From the human T2T-CHM13v2.0 reference genome, Homo sapiens: a DNA stretch of 64,000 nt. The position numbers and the translations under genes were made by a program. Below, one piece after another: positions 15,301 through 44,279 of this stretch (its first letter is position 1; every line of letters starts with the position of its first letter). Below the pieces are notes generated by a model. It saw only the letters and a program-made list of their open reading frames with translations. It made no database searches and was not told the origin of the DNA. The DNA is taken from assembly GCF_009914755.1 (NCBI RefSeq), contig NC_060925.1. The stretch is one strand, 5' to 3'.

Positions 15301-18300
15301 ATTCCATAGTCTAAGCAACTGTGTCATCATCAATTACCTTGGAATTTTTTTTGTAAAAAAGCAAATCACTTAACAAACAGCATCTCTGTCACAAAGGGTT
15401 CGGTAACAGCAAAAACTGCTCCCCTGTCCTGTCCCTGCAAAGAATGCCATGCAACGGGGGTTTCAGACAAGCATTGTATCTGCTCTTACCCCTCCCCTTC
15501 CCAGTAAAATGTTTGGGTGATGTTCCATGGCAGGGAAACAGATAGAAGAAGGCACAGCCTGGTTCAAGGAAGAGGGCAAATGCGTTTTCAACGATGCCAA
15601 ACTGGGCAAAACTAGTCCTAGTTTCAGGTGGGGTGTCCTGGGCTTGTTCTTCACTGAAACAGACCTGGGCTCCTTTTCTTCCTGTCCTCAGGCCAGAAAT
15701 CCCCCATCAATTTGTCTAAGGGAACCATCACTGGCCAAGATACAGAGGGGGCAAGAACACAGGAGACCGAGTCTTCTTACCAGGAGAGGTGATTTCAAAA
15801 CTCCAAACAATCTCCAAGTAAAATCCAGCCCCAGTAAGGGCCTGTAGCATAAATTTGAATTTTGGAGGGAGTCCAGCCCTCCACGTGTTTCTCTGATAGG
15901 AACTGGGAGAGCTTCCCCCATACAGCCAAGTCCTGTCGCGGAGCAGTCCCCCGACCACCCTGTCTCTGCCCCAACCCCTCCTTATGGAGGCAAACAGGCC
16001 ACCAAACTACAGCCTCCCACGGTGTTCCATCAGCAGTCACAGGAAAACCCTCATGGCTTCTGGGCTTTGCCTCCCCAATATGCCACCCAGCACCCAGGCT
16101 CCATAAGAAATCTGCTTTCAGAATCAAAGACCTGAAAATTAGAAATGCTTTTCTAATGCCGAGGCCAAATTTCCTCCACACAAAACACCACAAATCCCTC
16201 TCCAAACAATTCGCGATTGCCCCCCAATCTCAATGGCCTTTTTCTCGGGTTGTAAATGTTCCCTAAAGTTGTCAGTGAATTAAACCAGAAAAAAAAAGAA
16301 AGAAAGAAAAAAAAGAAAGAAAGAAAAGGGTGGGTTACCTGCTCTGTGGGCCAAAGAAGGACCTTGGATTGATCGGATGTCAGCTCTGGTCCTGCAGCTT
16401 CCCCAGCCTGGCTCCACCTGTCTGACCTGTTGGGCTCGCTGCCGCCTCTGGGCCTGGCACAGCCGCACCAGCACCCAGGCCCCTCCATAGGTGTGCATTC
16501 ACCTGCCAAGAGGTGCAGGCGCACAAGTGCCCTCCCCTCTCTGCTCCCACCATGTGACCTGCCCCCCAGCCGGACAGGCACTGGAGCATCTCCCTCGGTG
16601 TCACTGGAATTTCAAACCTGAAGCTGGCAGAGAGAAAGAAGAAAGGGAAGAAGAAGAGGGGAGGGGGACAGAGGAAAAATCCTGGCCCCCACAACTAACC
16701 AACAGTCCTTCCGTGATGTCGTGGAGGTCAGGCCAGGTGGGGCCAGCAGCCCCGTCACGGTGATCGTCAGGGTCAAATTCCAGGGCTGCTCTTTCCCCCT
16801 GGGTGGCTATTTTGGGAAAGCAGCTTTTCTCCAGCAGTGGACAGACTAGCTACTATGGACGCTGGAATCCAGAAGACTCAGAGCTCTGCCAGGGCCCAGC
16901 ACAGGTAAAGGCACGGAGGACAGCCCTGGGAGCAAAGAGACAGTTTGCCCTCAGGTGCCCCTGAACTCCGCTCTGAGCACACACAATCCCACGGGTCCCT
17001 CCTGTCCCTACCCTTCAATAAGGATCACCCAGCACTTGGGGTCCTATCTGGCTTGGAAGAGGACGTGGGGCTTGAGGTATTACCCAAGGTGTTGAGGGGG
17101 TACAGCTGGAGGGGCAGGTGGCATCAGGTCTAGCGGCAAGGCCACTATTTTCCTGCCCTCCAGGACTGAGAGCCCTTAGCAGCCAGATTTGGCTTCTCTT
17201 CCCTTTCACTCCCTGGCCCCTGATGCCCGTCAAGCTCAAGTCGATACTGAACAACTGAGTACACAGCACAGCCTGGGTGTGAGGTCAGACTCTGTGCCTG
17301 GGATTGGGGCGGGTCAGGCATCTGACTCTGAGTTTCAACCACTGCTCAAGTTCAATCATGTGCTTCTAAGCTGCCAATCAAGCCAAACCTCTGGGAGTCA
17401 CTGAAGAATAGAAACAGCAAGGCCAAGAGGAGGGTTGTGGTGCCCTGTGGTCTTGATAACTTGGGTTTTGAATGCAGGGTGGATGTTAAGATATAAAGCC
17501 CTTCCTAGGAAACCAGAAGACATCCTCCTAAGGAGGCAACAAAGCAGGGCAAGGCCCAGGAGAGGACCTGTGATGGAATTCAGACAGAGCCCAACCTCCC
17601 AGGGTACAGCCTTGTTCACGGGGCGCGGGAGGAGAAGGCTAACTGCTGCTGAGTGTGGCCAGGCAGGTCTTCAGCTACTGACATCAGGGCTGTGTCCACC
17701 CCTCAGAGCAGCACTGAGCTTGAAAGTGAAGCCCTGGCCGAGCGCGGTCGCTCACGCCTGTAATCCCAGCACTTTGGGAGGCCGAGGAGGGCAGATCACC
17801 TGAGGTGAGGAGTTCAAGACTGGCCTGACCAACATGGAGAAACCCCGTCTCTACTTAAAAAAAAAAAAAAAAAAACAAACAAAAAAGTGAGGCTCTCTCT
17901 CAAAGCCAGCCCTTGCTCTGCTGCCCCAAGAGGGTCCTGCAAACACACGGGCCTTGTCCAAGGGGCCTGATGTGCAGGAGAGGGGCAGGGCCCAGGGCAG
18001 TGACCCCGAAGGGCTCCATCCTCGGACCTGACTCCTCCTTGCTCATAAACAACCAGGCCTTTGCCTTCCTCCCACACCAGTCCCCGGGTCAAAGGCCTTA
18101 AGAAAATCCCCGGTGCACTAGCCAACTCAGACCGCCCTGGCCCTTAGATCATCCGCTAGTCACTGGGCTGAGACCCAAAGGAGAGGGAAATATTTGGCGA
18201 TTTCAGGGAACTGAACAGCAAAGGTGTTCACAATCAGACCACCAGCAGGAGTGCGGCACGCCCCTTAAACACTCTAAGGAAGTATTTACCAACGCTGCTA

Positions 18301-18569
18301 AAAAAGAAGTTGAGGATTTCTGCCTCTGATTTAGTAGAAAATAATCTTTGAAATTTACATACAAAGTCCCATGATAAGTCATTTGGGATCCCCCAGAGGA
18401 GGAAGGCTGCTTGCGGTTAGACTGGGTGAGTCAACGAAACAAACAAATGGGCCCGATGAGGTCAGCTTTTTGGAAAAGGAACAAAGAAAACTGCACCCAA
18501 ATGAGAGGCAGCTTACAATGGTGAAGCAGTGGTCACAGAAAATCCATTTCCAAAGCCTCTAATCCAGCA

Positions 18570-19095
<526 letters not shown>

Positions 19096-19984
19096 TCTCA
19101 TCCACCGAGAACTCTCTCTCTCTTCCTTGCAAGTCCTGGGCAAAAGGTTGTTTTTAGTAGCCCAGAGGGCCATGGTGGTGACAGCTCCTCCCTGGGTGAT
19201 GCCAGGCTTCAGGGGGTCAGCATCTTTGGAGGGTCCTCTAGGCATAGACCCCAGCTTGGGCAAGCCACTTGGCTGCCCCTGCATGGGTGACCCTGCCTGA
19301 CTGCCCCTGGCTGCAACAGCCCCTTGCCGAGGCTTCTAGACCCTCAGAACCTCCCCCCTGCTGCTCTGGCTCTCAAGGTCCCACAGTAAAGCCACAGGAA
19401 TGAGAAGGAGCGATGACAGTTCTCATCATCCCGTCATCGTCACAGCAGACTGGTAGGTGCTTTACAGGTGACAATGAGCTTTCACATTCGTTGTCTCACC
19501 TGAATACATAAAAGCCTCACCCACTGTTAAAACAATCTGAGTTCTTGACCTGCCAGACCAGTGGAACATGCAGAGGCCACCTGTCCCCGATGAGGGCCTG
19601 GGGGAGAGGGAGCCGTGCATTCATCTGGGGAGACCCCAGAGTCCAGAGCTGGGCAGAGGTGACAGCAGCCTGTCTAGGGGACCTGGGGGAAGCCAGGGTT
19701 CTGGCTGCTCCACGGCAGGCCCTGAGGTGGAGGGTCTAGACCCTGACCAGGCACCAGTCCTGCTGAAATGAGGCTCCGGAAATAGACGCACATCACACTC
19801 CCTGGAGTATTTTCTGGGCGGCCACAGAGTTCAGCAAATAGTCAACAGAAAGCATCTCCAAGAAGTGGGTGAACCGGAAGGACACATGCCCAAGGCTGAT
19901 ATGGGAGGTGTTTGGGGACTTAGGGAAGAAGCAGGACAGAAATAGGCCCAGCTCATTAACTGCATCTACATATGAATTGCTTGA

Positions 19985-20617
<633 letters not shown>

Positions 20618-21343
20618 GTTTGAGTTTTTATGAGTATTATTACTTATTTTATAAATCTAAAAGAACATTAGGAAAAAATAAGAATAAGGGCAGAATATCT
20701 CGTATCCACACCCCCTTTCACGGGATACAGAGCCTTGCCTGCTTGGGAAACTCCTGAACTGCAGTCTGGGTTGCAACTCCATGCGTCATTCATCCTGGTT
20801 ACCAGACCCTGGAAAACCGACGCCAAGTGAGACTCTGAATAAGTCAAAGGACAGAGACCACAGGAGACAGCTCCCGGCGCTAAGCAAACGCCTGTCTCCA
20901 GCAAACCTCAGGAAATGAGAGAAACAAGTCCACGCTCCAGCTGGGAGCCCCCTGCAGCAGGGAGGCTGCCCATCTTACACCCCTAGACCTCCTGCCTGCA
21001 CTCCCCCTGAGTAGGTGGCCCCTGCCACTGCCGTTCCCCTCAGACCACGGCCTTTCCTCGGGAGAGAGGGTGGATGTGGGGAAACACCAGCTCTTCAATG
21101 TACCCTGGGAAGGCGGATCCTGGAAGGCCCTTTTGAAGTTTGAGCAAAGAATGGGAGGATGCGACCCACCAGGCAGGCAGGAGCCGCTGACTCCAATGCG
21201 AAAATAGAAACTGCTTCCCTGTAGCTTGGATGCTATTGCAGCTGGCACACAGAGGCTGTTAGGATCAAGACGAGGTTCTGGATCCAGTGCCTGCCTCTGA
21301 GGCTGCTCACAAGGAGGAAAGTCACTGCAAAAATGCTTGGCCC

Positions 21344-23920
<2,577 letters not shown>

Positions 23921-24564
23921 GAATACATTTTCTATCTGGCTTAAGCCAAAAGAATGAAGCTCTAATGGCTGAATTTCAGCCACAAACCAGCTCACTGAAG
24001 GAGATTGGGTGGAGGCAGGCAGCATAAGGGGAGGTGTCCCTGAGCTCACAGACCAGGGCCCTCCTCACTCAGATGCTGGCTCTATGCCCCCCAGGCCTTC
24101 TGGGGCCAGCCTCTCTGCCTTGAGGCCCCACCCTTCTAGCTTCACAAGTAACTCTTACTCATCCTTCAGGCCTCGGTTAAGCGCCCTACAACCCCCCTCA
24201 CTCAGCTATGGGCTCCCAGTGCCCACCCCAAGCATCACACGTCTCCCTGCATCATGGTGGCCAACTCGCTTGTACCTCCCTCTCACCAGACTGAGTGTCA
24301 GCTTCCTGTTCCTACTCCCAGCACCTAGCCCAGCAGACAGGACATAGTGAGTGCCAGTAAAGGTCTGTTGAGAAAGCACAGGAGGAGGAGTGGGCAAAAA
24401 AAGACGGGCAGCGCTGCCAGCCAGCCTGCGCTGTCAGCGGACCGCACGTTCCAATCCTTCAAGAGCTTAATGATCAGGCTGAGCCTCAGGTGTTTAGTCT
24501 GTCGTCAGCCCAGAAAACACAGGTGAGGCAGCAGATGGGAAAGTGCTTTAAAAACTGTAACTGG

Positions 24565-25547
<983 letters not shown>

Positions 25548-25919
25548 TAAGTTGACAATGATTTGGACTTTTCACAAGGTTATTTGGCAAGTTGGCTGCT
25601 TGCAACTAGGAATGCCACGCCCCAAAGTCACAATACCATAAGTGTGGCAGGTTTGTAGGCTCAGCCAGGACAGTCCATTGTACTGTGGGACCTCAGATAT
25701 CCAGCAACATGGGGCATCATCCCCTCGTGGGTCAGGGTGCCTCACTTCACTTATTCCCCCTTGGCACCTAGCATGATGGGGAGCCAGGGCCAATACCTGG
25801 ATAACCAGTGAATGAATGAAAGGATGAGAAGTAATCCAAAAACAGCAGCAATAGCAATATCAACAGCGGCCCCACTACGCGTCAGGCACTGTTCTTCATT
25901 CTTTTACTGCGTCACTCAT

Positions 25920-26330
25920 TGCAGTGGACTGAAAAACACCCTGGAGAGATAGCCACATCAAATCCCTGCAACCAGAGCATGTGGGTCTTTGCGGAGCTGA
26001 TTAAGATTATGAGATGAGACCATCTTGGATGATCTGGGTGAGCCCGAAGACAGGTGTCCTTAGAAACAGAGGCAGAAGGAAATTTAAGACAGTCAGAAGA
26101 GGAGAAGACACAGACACACAGAGAAGGCCACTGAAAGAGGCAGAGACTGGAGTGATGCAGCCACCAGCCCAGGAATGCTGGGACAGTCACCAAAGCTAAA
26201 GAGAGACAAGGGAGGCTTCTTCCCTAGAGCCTCCAGTGGGAGTATGGCCCTGCTGGATTTCAGATTTCTGGCCTCCAGAACTGTGAGAGAATAATTTAAG
26301 CCATCCAGCAGCCACAGGAAATTATTATAC
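25920..26330 (+). mobile_element. MLT1 (MaLR) LTR
   Basis: TTAAGATT.TGAGATGAG.CATC.TGGAT...GAGGCAGAGACTGGAGTGATGCAGCC...CTGGCCTCCAGAACTGTGAGAGAATAA. Confidence 0.85.
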
Positions 26331-26406
26331 TCCTGGAGTCACGAATAAGCTCATTCACAACTGCAATGGGGTTGTTACAGAGAGACAGGGTAGGAAAGCA
26401 GCCTCT

Positions 26407-28797
<2,391 letters not shown>

Positions 28798-29322
28798 CTA
28801 TCTGTTAACTCTGCCCTGGACACGGTAGGGACACAGCCACGTTTGTGTCAACACCAGCACAGTACTGAACACACCATACAGAAGGAAGTCACTGGAACGT
28901 GCTGGATATATGAACACATGCACAGATGAACTGAGGAATCAATAAATAAGTGGATGAATTTTAAAGTTTTTACCAAATGCCTAAATTCAACACTGGGCTC
29001 TCTCTTCCCTTGTTGCTCTGTCTCAAGATCCCGTGGCTCAGTTCCTCTTCTGTAAACTCCTGGGGATGATTTAACCATAGAAGCAACCCTGACTGTATTA
29101 ACTCCCCAGAGGGCAGGTCCATGGAATCCAGGAGGGAATAAAAAACATGTCAGACACGCTGCTGGCATCCTAAATGTTCTTGTAAGTTGTTGACACGACA
29201 AGAAACCATCAGGAACACTGTCACTCCCAATGTTTTTTCTATTTCTCCACTGACTTACATACAATTTCTAACAAAGTTCATTTGACACATATTTAAGGAC
29301 AAGCACAAATGAAGGTAGAAAT

Positions 29323-29907
29323 TGTGGGCGACAAATGATAAGGTGGCCCCTATGGCCACTGCCTCATGGTGTTCATGCCTTTGTGTGACCCCCTCCTTTA
29401 GTATGGGCAAGACCCGTAACTGGCTTCTAGCCAACAGAATATGGCATGGACGGCAGAGTGTCACTCAAGGATTGCGCTGCGTTATATAAGATTCCCTCTC
29501 CTGCTAGCAGGCTCGTGCTGAAGACACTCTCCCTCACTGGCTTTAAAGAAACAAGCTGCCATGCTGTGGGAGAGCCTAGGGAGGGGGCTACAAGGCAAAG
29601 GCCTGCGGGCGGACTCTAGGAGCTGAGAGCAGTGCCAATCAACAGCCAGCAAGAAGCCAAGGACTCCAGTCGTCCAACCGCAACGAGATAAATTCCACCA
29701 ACAACCTGAGTGAGCTTGGAAGAGGATCTTTCCCCAGCTGAGTCACCAGATGAGACCCCAGCCCTGGCTTAGACCTTAATGGCAGCCTTACACAGGACCC
29801 AGCTAAACTGTGCCCAGACTCCTGACCCACAGAAACTGTGCGATAATAAATGTGTGTTTCCTAAGCTACTTTGTAGTCCTCTGTTACGCAGCAATAGAAA
29901 ACTAATC
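29323..29907 (+). mobile_element. MLT1E/F-like LTR
   Basis: GCTTCTAGCCAACAGAATATGGC...CCTGACCCACAGAAACTGTG.GATAATAAATG...GCAGCAATAGAAAACTAAT. Confidence 0.8.
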
Positions 29908-30084
29908 TGATGATGATAATGAAGATGTGGCCATGACAACAGTCCCGGACAAGTGTGCGGTTTATGGTTCTCGTGCCTGTCACCCTGCACCTTGACAGAA
30001 GCACCATGATCATGTCCACAGACACTGGGTCATACTACACATGTTCAAGCCAGGCTCTACCATGATCACGCATGTGCCCATCAA

Positions 30085-30250
30085 CATAACCCCTCTAAGC
30101 CTCAGTTTCCTATGTGTAAACATGGGAACAATAGCAGCCACCTCAGAGGACTAGTATAGGGATGAAATAAGGTAATATTTGTAAACTGCTTAGCACTTTA
30201 CAGTAAGGGCTGAGCATACTGCGAGTATTCAGTCAATGTTGGCTATTTGT
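30085..30250. mobile_element. MIR fragment
   Basis: CTCTAAGCCTCAGTTTCCT..TGTAAA.ATGGG MIR core. Confidence 0.7.
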
Positions 30251-30464
30251 GCATTAGTTATTTACCTTCTGTTGTCCTGACCAGACTGTAAAGACCATCA
30301 GGGTGGCAATGAGCTGTCTAGCTATTGTACCTGGAGGACAGAGCTTTGAACATGAGGTGTATCAGGGAGGATTTGGGAATAAGGACCCATCTTGTGTGAT
30401 CCTCCTAGAGACTCTGGGAGGTAGGCAGGACAGGAATGATTTATTTTAGGATAAGAAAACAGGT

Positions 30465-31172
<708 letters not shown>

Positions 31173-31689
31173 CAAGTGCCAACTAACTCCCAGAAACTGT
31201 TCTTTATATTTCTCCACTGCCTTAAAAACAACCTCTAACAAAGTTAATTTGACACACATTTAAGGACAAGCACAAGTGTGAGCCTTTCGTATGGTAATTG
31301 GGCTTAACTGGAAATAATTCACTTAAATGAACATAATGTGTGCTGTGTGTGCCATCAAAGCGTGCGAATCTGGCAGCATTTGGAGAAGGTGTGATTCTTT
31401 ATGAAGGGGAGAGAATGAGAGGCAGGGAAGTGTTTGCTGTTTTTTAAAAAATTCAGTGTGGAATGATGTGGCTTATAAGTGGGTCTAAGGGAACAGAAGT
31501 TTTGAAGTATTTTAGGGTTCAACAGCATTTGAAGGGATAGGACAGTCCTTGTTAGGTGTCAAAGTTGAGGCATTCTGGAGAGTTACCAGGCCCCACAGTG
31601 TAGGCTCAGAGCTGTGGGGCAGCGGGCAAAGTATTATGCCTGAGACCAAAAGGGAAGAGAACAAACGAGAATTATACCTGGTCTGAAAT

Positions 31690-32585
<896 letters not shown>

Positions 32586-32729
32586 TACTTTGGGCCTGTC
32601 TCACCTTCTCCCTAAAAGACCATCGCAGCTGTCCTCCAATGCCAGCAGGGTCTCTCTACCTCCCACCCAGCACTATGAGGCTGGGTGTCCAGGGCAGGGG
32701 GTGGCTGGGTGGTGGCCAGGTTGTGATAA

Positions 32730-34241
<1,512 letters not shown>

Positions 34242-36075
34242 AGCAGTGGTTTTTTAGGGAGGGGAAGAGAGGAATATTTGCAATGCAAAATCAAACAAGA
34301 AACTCCCCAGACCTCACTAGACTACATCAGCATAGAGGAAAGTTCTGATTTAGTGAACACATAAAATATCCATGAAAGCAAAGTGCTTTATCACTGATGC
34401 TACCTAATAGTTGCCACAGCACCCTGCTCCCTGGTTTATGCACATTCTCGAATTATTTTATCTCATGCGTCTACCAAGTAGGTCCTAACATAAGGGCAAT
34501 TTTTATAGATGAGGAACCAAAGCCAGGAAAGGAAGTCCTATTTCCAAATTAGCACAGCTAGTGACAGAGACGGAGCTGGAAGGCGGGTCCTTAACTCAAA
34601 ACCCGTATCCTTACTGGAACACTGGGGCCCCAGTGGGGTCCTGAGGTGCCTTACGAATGGAGAAAAATGATTGGCACCATGTATGTCAGTGACCCGCATG
34701 GCACTGCCTCCCAGAGCCTGCACTAAACAGTTCGTTCTTACAAGTATGTCAGACAGACAGCTGTAGCTGCAGTACTGATGTGTGCTCTCTGGGAAGGAAG
34801 GATCTGCCAACCAAGGCAAATTTCAGAGCTAGACAAGAAAACTTCCTTGTTTTCATGTGATATTCATTACCAAGTATCACGAGTTGATCTTCAGTCTCAC
34901 CCGCTTTCTTGCAATTTCTCCAATGCACCAAACACAGGGCCTTTGCACTTACTAACCCTTCTGCCTGAAAAGCCGTCCCCCTCATCCTTCTGTAGGTTTC
35001 TCCTCAATGACTCATTGCGTATAGCAAGGACTCTGTAAATATTTGTCGCATGAATGAATGAGTCCCGCCTAGTTATTTTCTTATGCACAGATCTGATAAC
35101 CTCTAGCTGGAGGTAGTGTATCCTATAACCAAGGGCAGCATCTTGTTCATCCTTGCATCCTCCTACACCCCCCGGCCCAGGGACCAGTTACAAGGGCAGG
35201 TGTAGGGCTGGGTTGGCAATTAGGTGACACAATCAATGGGAAGCACTGCATGGATGCTATGATCAGAAAGACCTGGGGGCCTGTCTAGGTTTAGCATTAT
35301 TGATTTGCGATGTGTGCCAAGGGCAGGGGTGGGGTGCAAAAGTGCAGTCCTCATGGCCACCACACCAGCTAGCCAAGGGATCCTGGAGGCCCAAGAGAAA
35401 GCTGGATTGGGAGGGGAGAGCAGGGCAGTCCTGGCCAGTTTTGGCCAGCTTGGGGAAGCTCAGGAGACAGGCCACTACCCCATGTGGCAGTAGGTGCCAA
35501 TGGGCTCAGGTACCAACTGATGCTGCCCCCAGCTGCTCCCTCTGCTCCTGGATAGTCCTTCAAGAGGAATGTTTGCAAGCACAGGTACCTTCCCTCTTCC
35601 TCAGCCATGACTACACAGCATTTGTGGCTCATGCAGGAAGACACAGGGGCTCAGAGGAGTGGCCATTTGTCCCAAAGATATCTCAGAACTGGGCAGAGGC
35701 AGAACTGGCTAACATAACTGCAGTGGGCCGTTTAGCCCCCTTAACATGACTTGGTATCTGCTAGAGTTTCACATGCATGTATGCAGAGATCCCAGCCACC
35801 TCTGGGCTCCAGGAGCCTAGTGTGGATGCAACAGGAAGGCCCAGGCTCTGGAACCTTCTGCAGAGCCTAGCTCATGTCCCCCACCTGACGCAGAAACAGG
35901 GAGGTGCTGAAGCATGTGCCCTGTCTGTGCTACAGGCCCCATCCACGTAACCTGAGAGAGGGGGCCTCAGGAGCACTGGCACCTGCTGCTCCAGGCCAGG
36001 AGCAAGGAACTCCAGGGACCACCTCCCCTCAGTCTCCTTCCCCACTGGCGGCTCACAGGCTGGACAGGGCTCCAG

Positions 36076-36089
36076 CCAGCAGGGGGCGC
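36076..36089 (+). promoter_or_regulatory. CTCF motif
   Basis: CCAGCAGGGGGCGC matches the CTCF core consensus. Confidence 0.65.
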
Positions 36090-36634
36090 GCGCGTTCACC
36101 TCGGGGCCAGGTTGGCTGAAAGCCCCTCTCCCGTTCCCCTCTTCTAGAGCAAAAGTCTTCCAAAGCCTTGACCTCTTAGACAACGCTACTTTAGTGACCG
36201 AAGCACTTTTCCTTTCCCTTTCATGCGAGTTTTTTGCAACCATGGGTGGCTAGTATCAATGCCTCCACTTTCAAGGTGAGGAGAGGAACTGGGGAGGTTG
36301 AGCATTTGCTGCAATATCACCGTGGCCAGCAGCGCAAGAGAGCCAGGGTCCCCATTTGCCACCCATGAACCAGTCGGCCTTCCTCGCCCCACGCTGGAGA
36401 TAGAGGAGGGAAGAAAGAACTAGCCGAGCAAAACCCCAAAAAAGGAATCCTTTCTCCCCAGAGATTATGAAATCAAAGAACATTTTGTTGCTTCTTGGAA
36501 ATTCTTCCCCTTACGGAGGCTACACAATTGAACAGGGTTTTCATTATTATGACTATGATTATTAAAGTTGTTGGTCTAGTTCCCGCCTCCTTCTTTGCAA
36601 ACTTTCGCACGGACTGAGAAACACAAGCGTTTAC

Positions 36635-36923
36635 CTGGGTGCATGCTGGGACGGGGCGAGCAGGTAGTGCAGGCTTCCAGGCCTCTCCTGCCCCGGAGCT
36701 TGGCTGCAGGACTCCCGCAAAATCTCCAAATGCCCCCGATCTGCGTGGTCACCGAGAAGCAGCCCGGCTCGGAACAAGCCCAGGCAAGCCCAGGCAGAGC
36801 CCGCCGCCGGGTCCTCCTTCCTGCTCGTGCCACCAGGCCCCGGGGCCGCGACGCGTCTCTCCAGCCCGGGATCCGGGGAGCTGGGCTGTCCCCAGACCGA
36901 CGGGACAGCGGCATCTCCTCCAC
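36635..36923 (-). ncRNA. MIR34AHG: miR-34a host gene CpG-island exon (first exon from the p53 promoter; can be internal via the acceptor at 36924)
   Basis: Donor CCCAG|GTAAAC at 36634 defines a 30,494-bp intron to 6141, matching the known ~30 kb spacing. Contains the p53 site. Upstream acceptor CTCTTTCCTTTTCAG|GTG. The exact TSS cannot be read from sequence. Confidence 0.85.
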
Positions 36924-36944
36924 CTGAAAAGGAAAGAGGACCAG
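36760..36944 (+). ncRNA. LNCTAM34A: antisense lncRNA exon 1 (GUARDIN / miR-34a asRNA); 5' end approximate
   Basis: Donor ACCAG|GTGGGG at 36945. Overlaps the MIR34AHG exon head-to-head, as known for this locus. Confidence 0.7.
36772..36791. promoter_or_regulatory. p53 response element of the miR-34a/LNCTAM34A promoter
   Basis: GAACAAGCCC AGGCAAGCCC = two perfect RRRCWWGYYY half-sites with no spacer, plus a degenerate third half-site (AGGCAGAGCC, 36792-36801). Confidence 0.96.
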
Positions 36945-38260
36945 GTGGGGGCCAGGCAGGGCGCATGAAGGCGGCGCCAGCACCGCGCGATCCGAATCAC
37001 GTCGGTGCGGGGGAGGGGTCGGAGCCTGGCCTCGGCCTAGGGCGCAGATGCGGTGCGCACCGCAGGGGGGCGGCGTGGGGTGCGGGGCCAGTCCCGCCGG
37101 GCACGGGGTCCTGGTCCTCATCCCCTTCACCGCCGCCGCCCGCCTGGGCTGGCGTTTCCCCAGCGAGAGCGCGTAGTTTGCGCAGCGCCCCTCGCCCACG
37201 CCGCCGCTGGGTCGCGGGGCGCGCCTACCCAGAGCCGAGGTCCCGGACTCCCCGGCCATCGCGACCCTTCCGGGGACTCCTCGCCCCTTCGCGGTGGGAC
37301 CAAGGCCCGGGTGGGGCCGGGACAGGGTGGTGGGGGGAAGGGGGACCGTACAAAAGCAAACAGAAACCACGGGGGGCTCGCCGCGACGCCCAGTCCGAGG
37401 GCCTCTCGCCTGGAAGAGGGAAGAAACCCACGTCCTGGACGCGGGTGTGGGGTCTGTCCCGGGTCAGGACCTGTTGTCTCTGCGACGTTGCCAGTCCGGA
37501 GAGCTCGGAGGGCCAATGCAGCCCCGGATTCAACAAGATGCGAAAGGACTTCTAAAGCCAGGAACCGGCACCCAGCCACGGCCACCGCCCGCCGGCCCGG
37601 CGCCCTGCCCCCACTCACTGCGCCCCCAAGTTCCGGCGCCGCGGGCTGCAGGGGTGACTTGGCTCGGCGTGCCTCGGGGCACGAGGCTCGGCCCCGCACG
37701 GCTCTCGGGTCCCGGGGGGCTGGGGTGGGAAGGGACATGGCCGGCGCGCGGCGCTGGGGAGCCGGGTGCGCCAGGCTGGGGACCTTGCGTGGGGCAGGGC
37801 TTGGCTCAGCCGAGGGGCCGCGGCTCAGCCCCCCTCACCGGCCTTAAAGGTTCCCAGAGACGCAAAGTCGGACGCGGGTCCTGAGCGCGGAGCTACAGGG
37901 GGGAGCATGGGGCAGCCCCCAAGGCGCGCTCCCTGCATTTCCCACCCTTTCCACGCTGCCCTGCGCGCACGGTCGGGCGCCCTTGGGGTGGGCAGGGAGG
38001 CGCGGGCAGGGGCAGCGCCGAAGACCTCCCGCCGCCATGGAGAAGGGGCTCCCCACCCACCCTCCTGCCCCAACCATTATAGATCCCAGCCAGTGCGCCC
38101 CGCGCCCTTCCGGGACAAGCTGCCCCCAGGACCACCGTGCCCCAGTATCAAGCGGACAGCAAATCTCTCGGTGGCTCCTTTTGTAAGGGTTTCTGCCCTC
38201 AGGGTTGTTACGGGACAGAAATGGTTTCATCAGAAACAAGCCCTCCTCGCACACTCACAG

Positions 38261-38435
38261 TTTGCAGGACTCCGAACTGGGCCCGCGAGATCTCCACCTG
38301 CGCAAAACGAAAGGGCGGATTCTCCTTGGACTCACGAGGCAACCGCTCCCCGGGGTGAGAACGGGGGACTCATTCCTCCTGCACTGGGAGAAGACGATTC
38401 TTTAGGAGGAGGACAGGGAAGCGAATGCTACCCAG
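38261..38435 (+). ncRNA. LNCTAM34A: antisense lncRNA exon 2
   Basis: Acceptor CCCTCCTCGCACACTCACAG|TTT (alternative AG at 38266-38267) and donor CCCAG|GTGCGT. Confidence 0.65.
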
Positions 38436-38827
38436 GTGCGTAATCACATTTGGGCACCCTCGGGGGCCTGAGAGGAGGCCAGGGGTGACCTGCCCCCATT
38501 CTCACAGGGGAGGGGCGGTGAGCCTATTCTCACAGGTGTCTGTGATGAGCCCATGTTTTCCAAACTCCTCCGTGATTCTAGAACAGTGCTAGAGAAGCCG
38601 TGAGCCAGCTGGCAGGTGAGAACGCCCAGGTGCAGGTGGATGGCTGCAGGTCAGGCCTACTTTTCCTACACCTGTTGCTGGGGGGCAATCCCATACCCAC
38701 TCTCAGTCCAGAGTGCCTGTCACCACAGGGCAAGTAGGTGAAGGGCTTCTCAGATCCTCAAAGACTCAGAGGGATAAAAGGAGGCAGATGGGTCCTAGAG
38801 GCAGCCCATGGCAAGGGAGAGGTCTGC

Positions 38828-44112
<5,285 letters not shown>

Positions 44113-44279
44113 TTACGGTAGAAGGGACAGGCCTCCGCTGAGCTGCTGAGGTCTACAGAACCTGAAGGCTGCCCAGCCAGTGCCAACCAGTTTTGCTACC
44201 ATGAGCCCCAGTCTGAGAGATCCTTCCCTTTCTGGGCACTGGGTCTAGAGAGGCAGCATAAAAGCTTGCTTTTGTTCTA

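Larger units (their letters stand above)
36580..38470. promoter_or_regulatory. CpG island / bidirectional promoter
   Basis: Very high GC and CpG density, multiple GC boxes, repeat-free. Confidence 0.93.

Noticed and set aside
36576-38443. Long overlapping ORFs (200-264 aa) on both strands
   Set aside because: Expected from stop-codon scarcity in a GC-rich island; low complexity, no recognisable domain.
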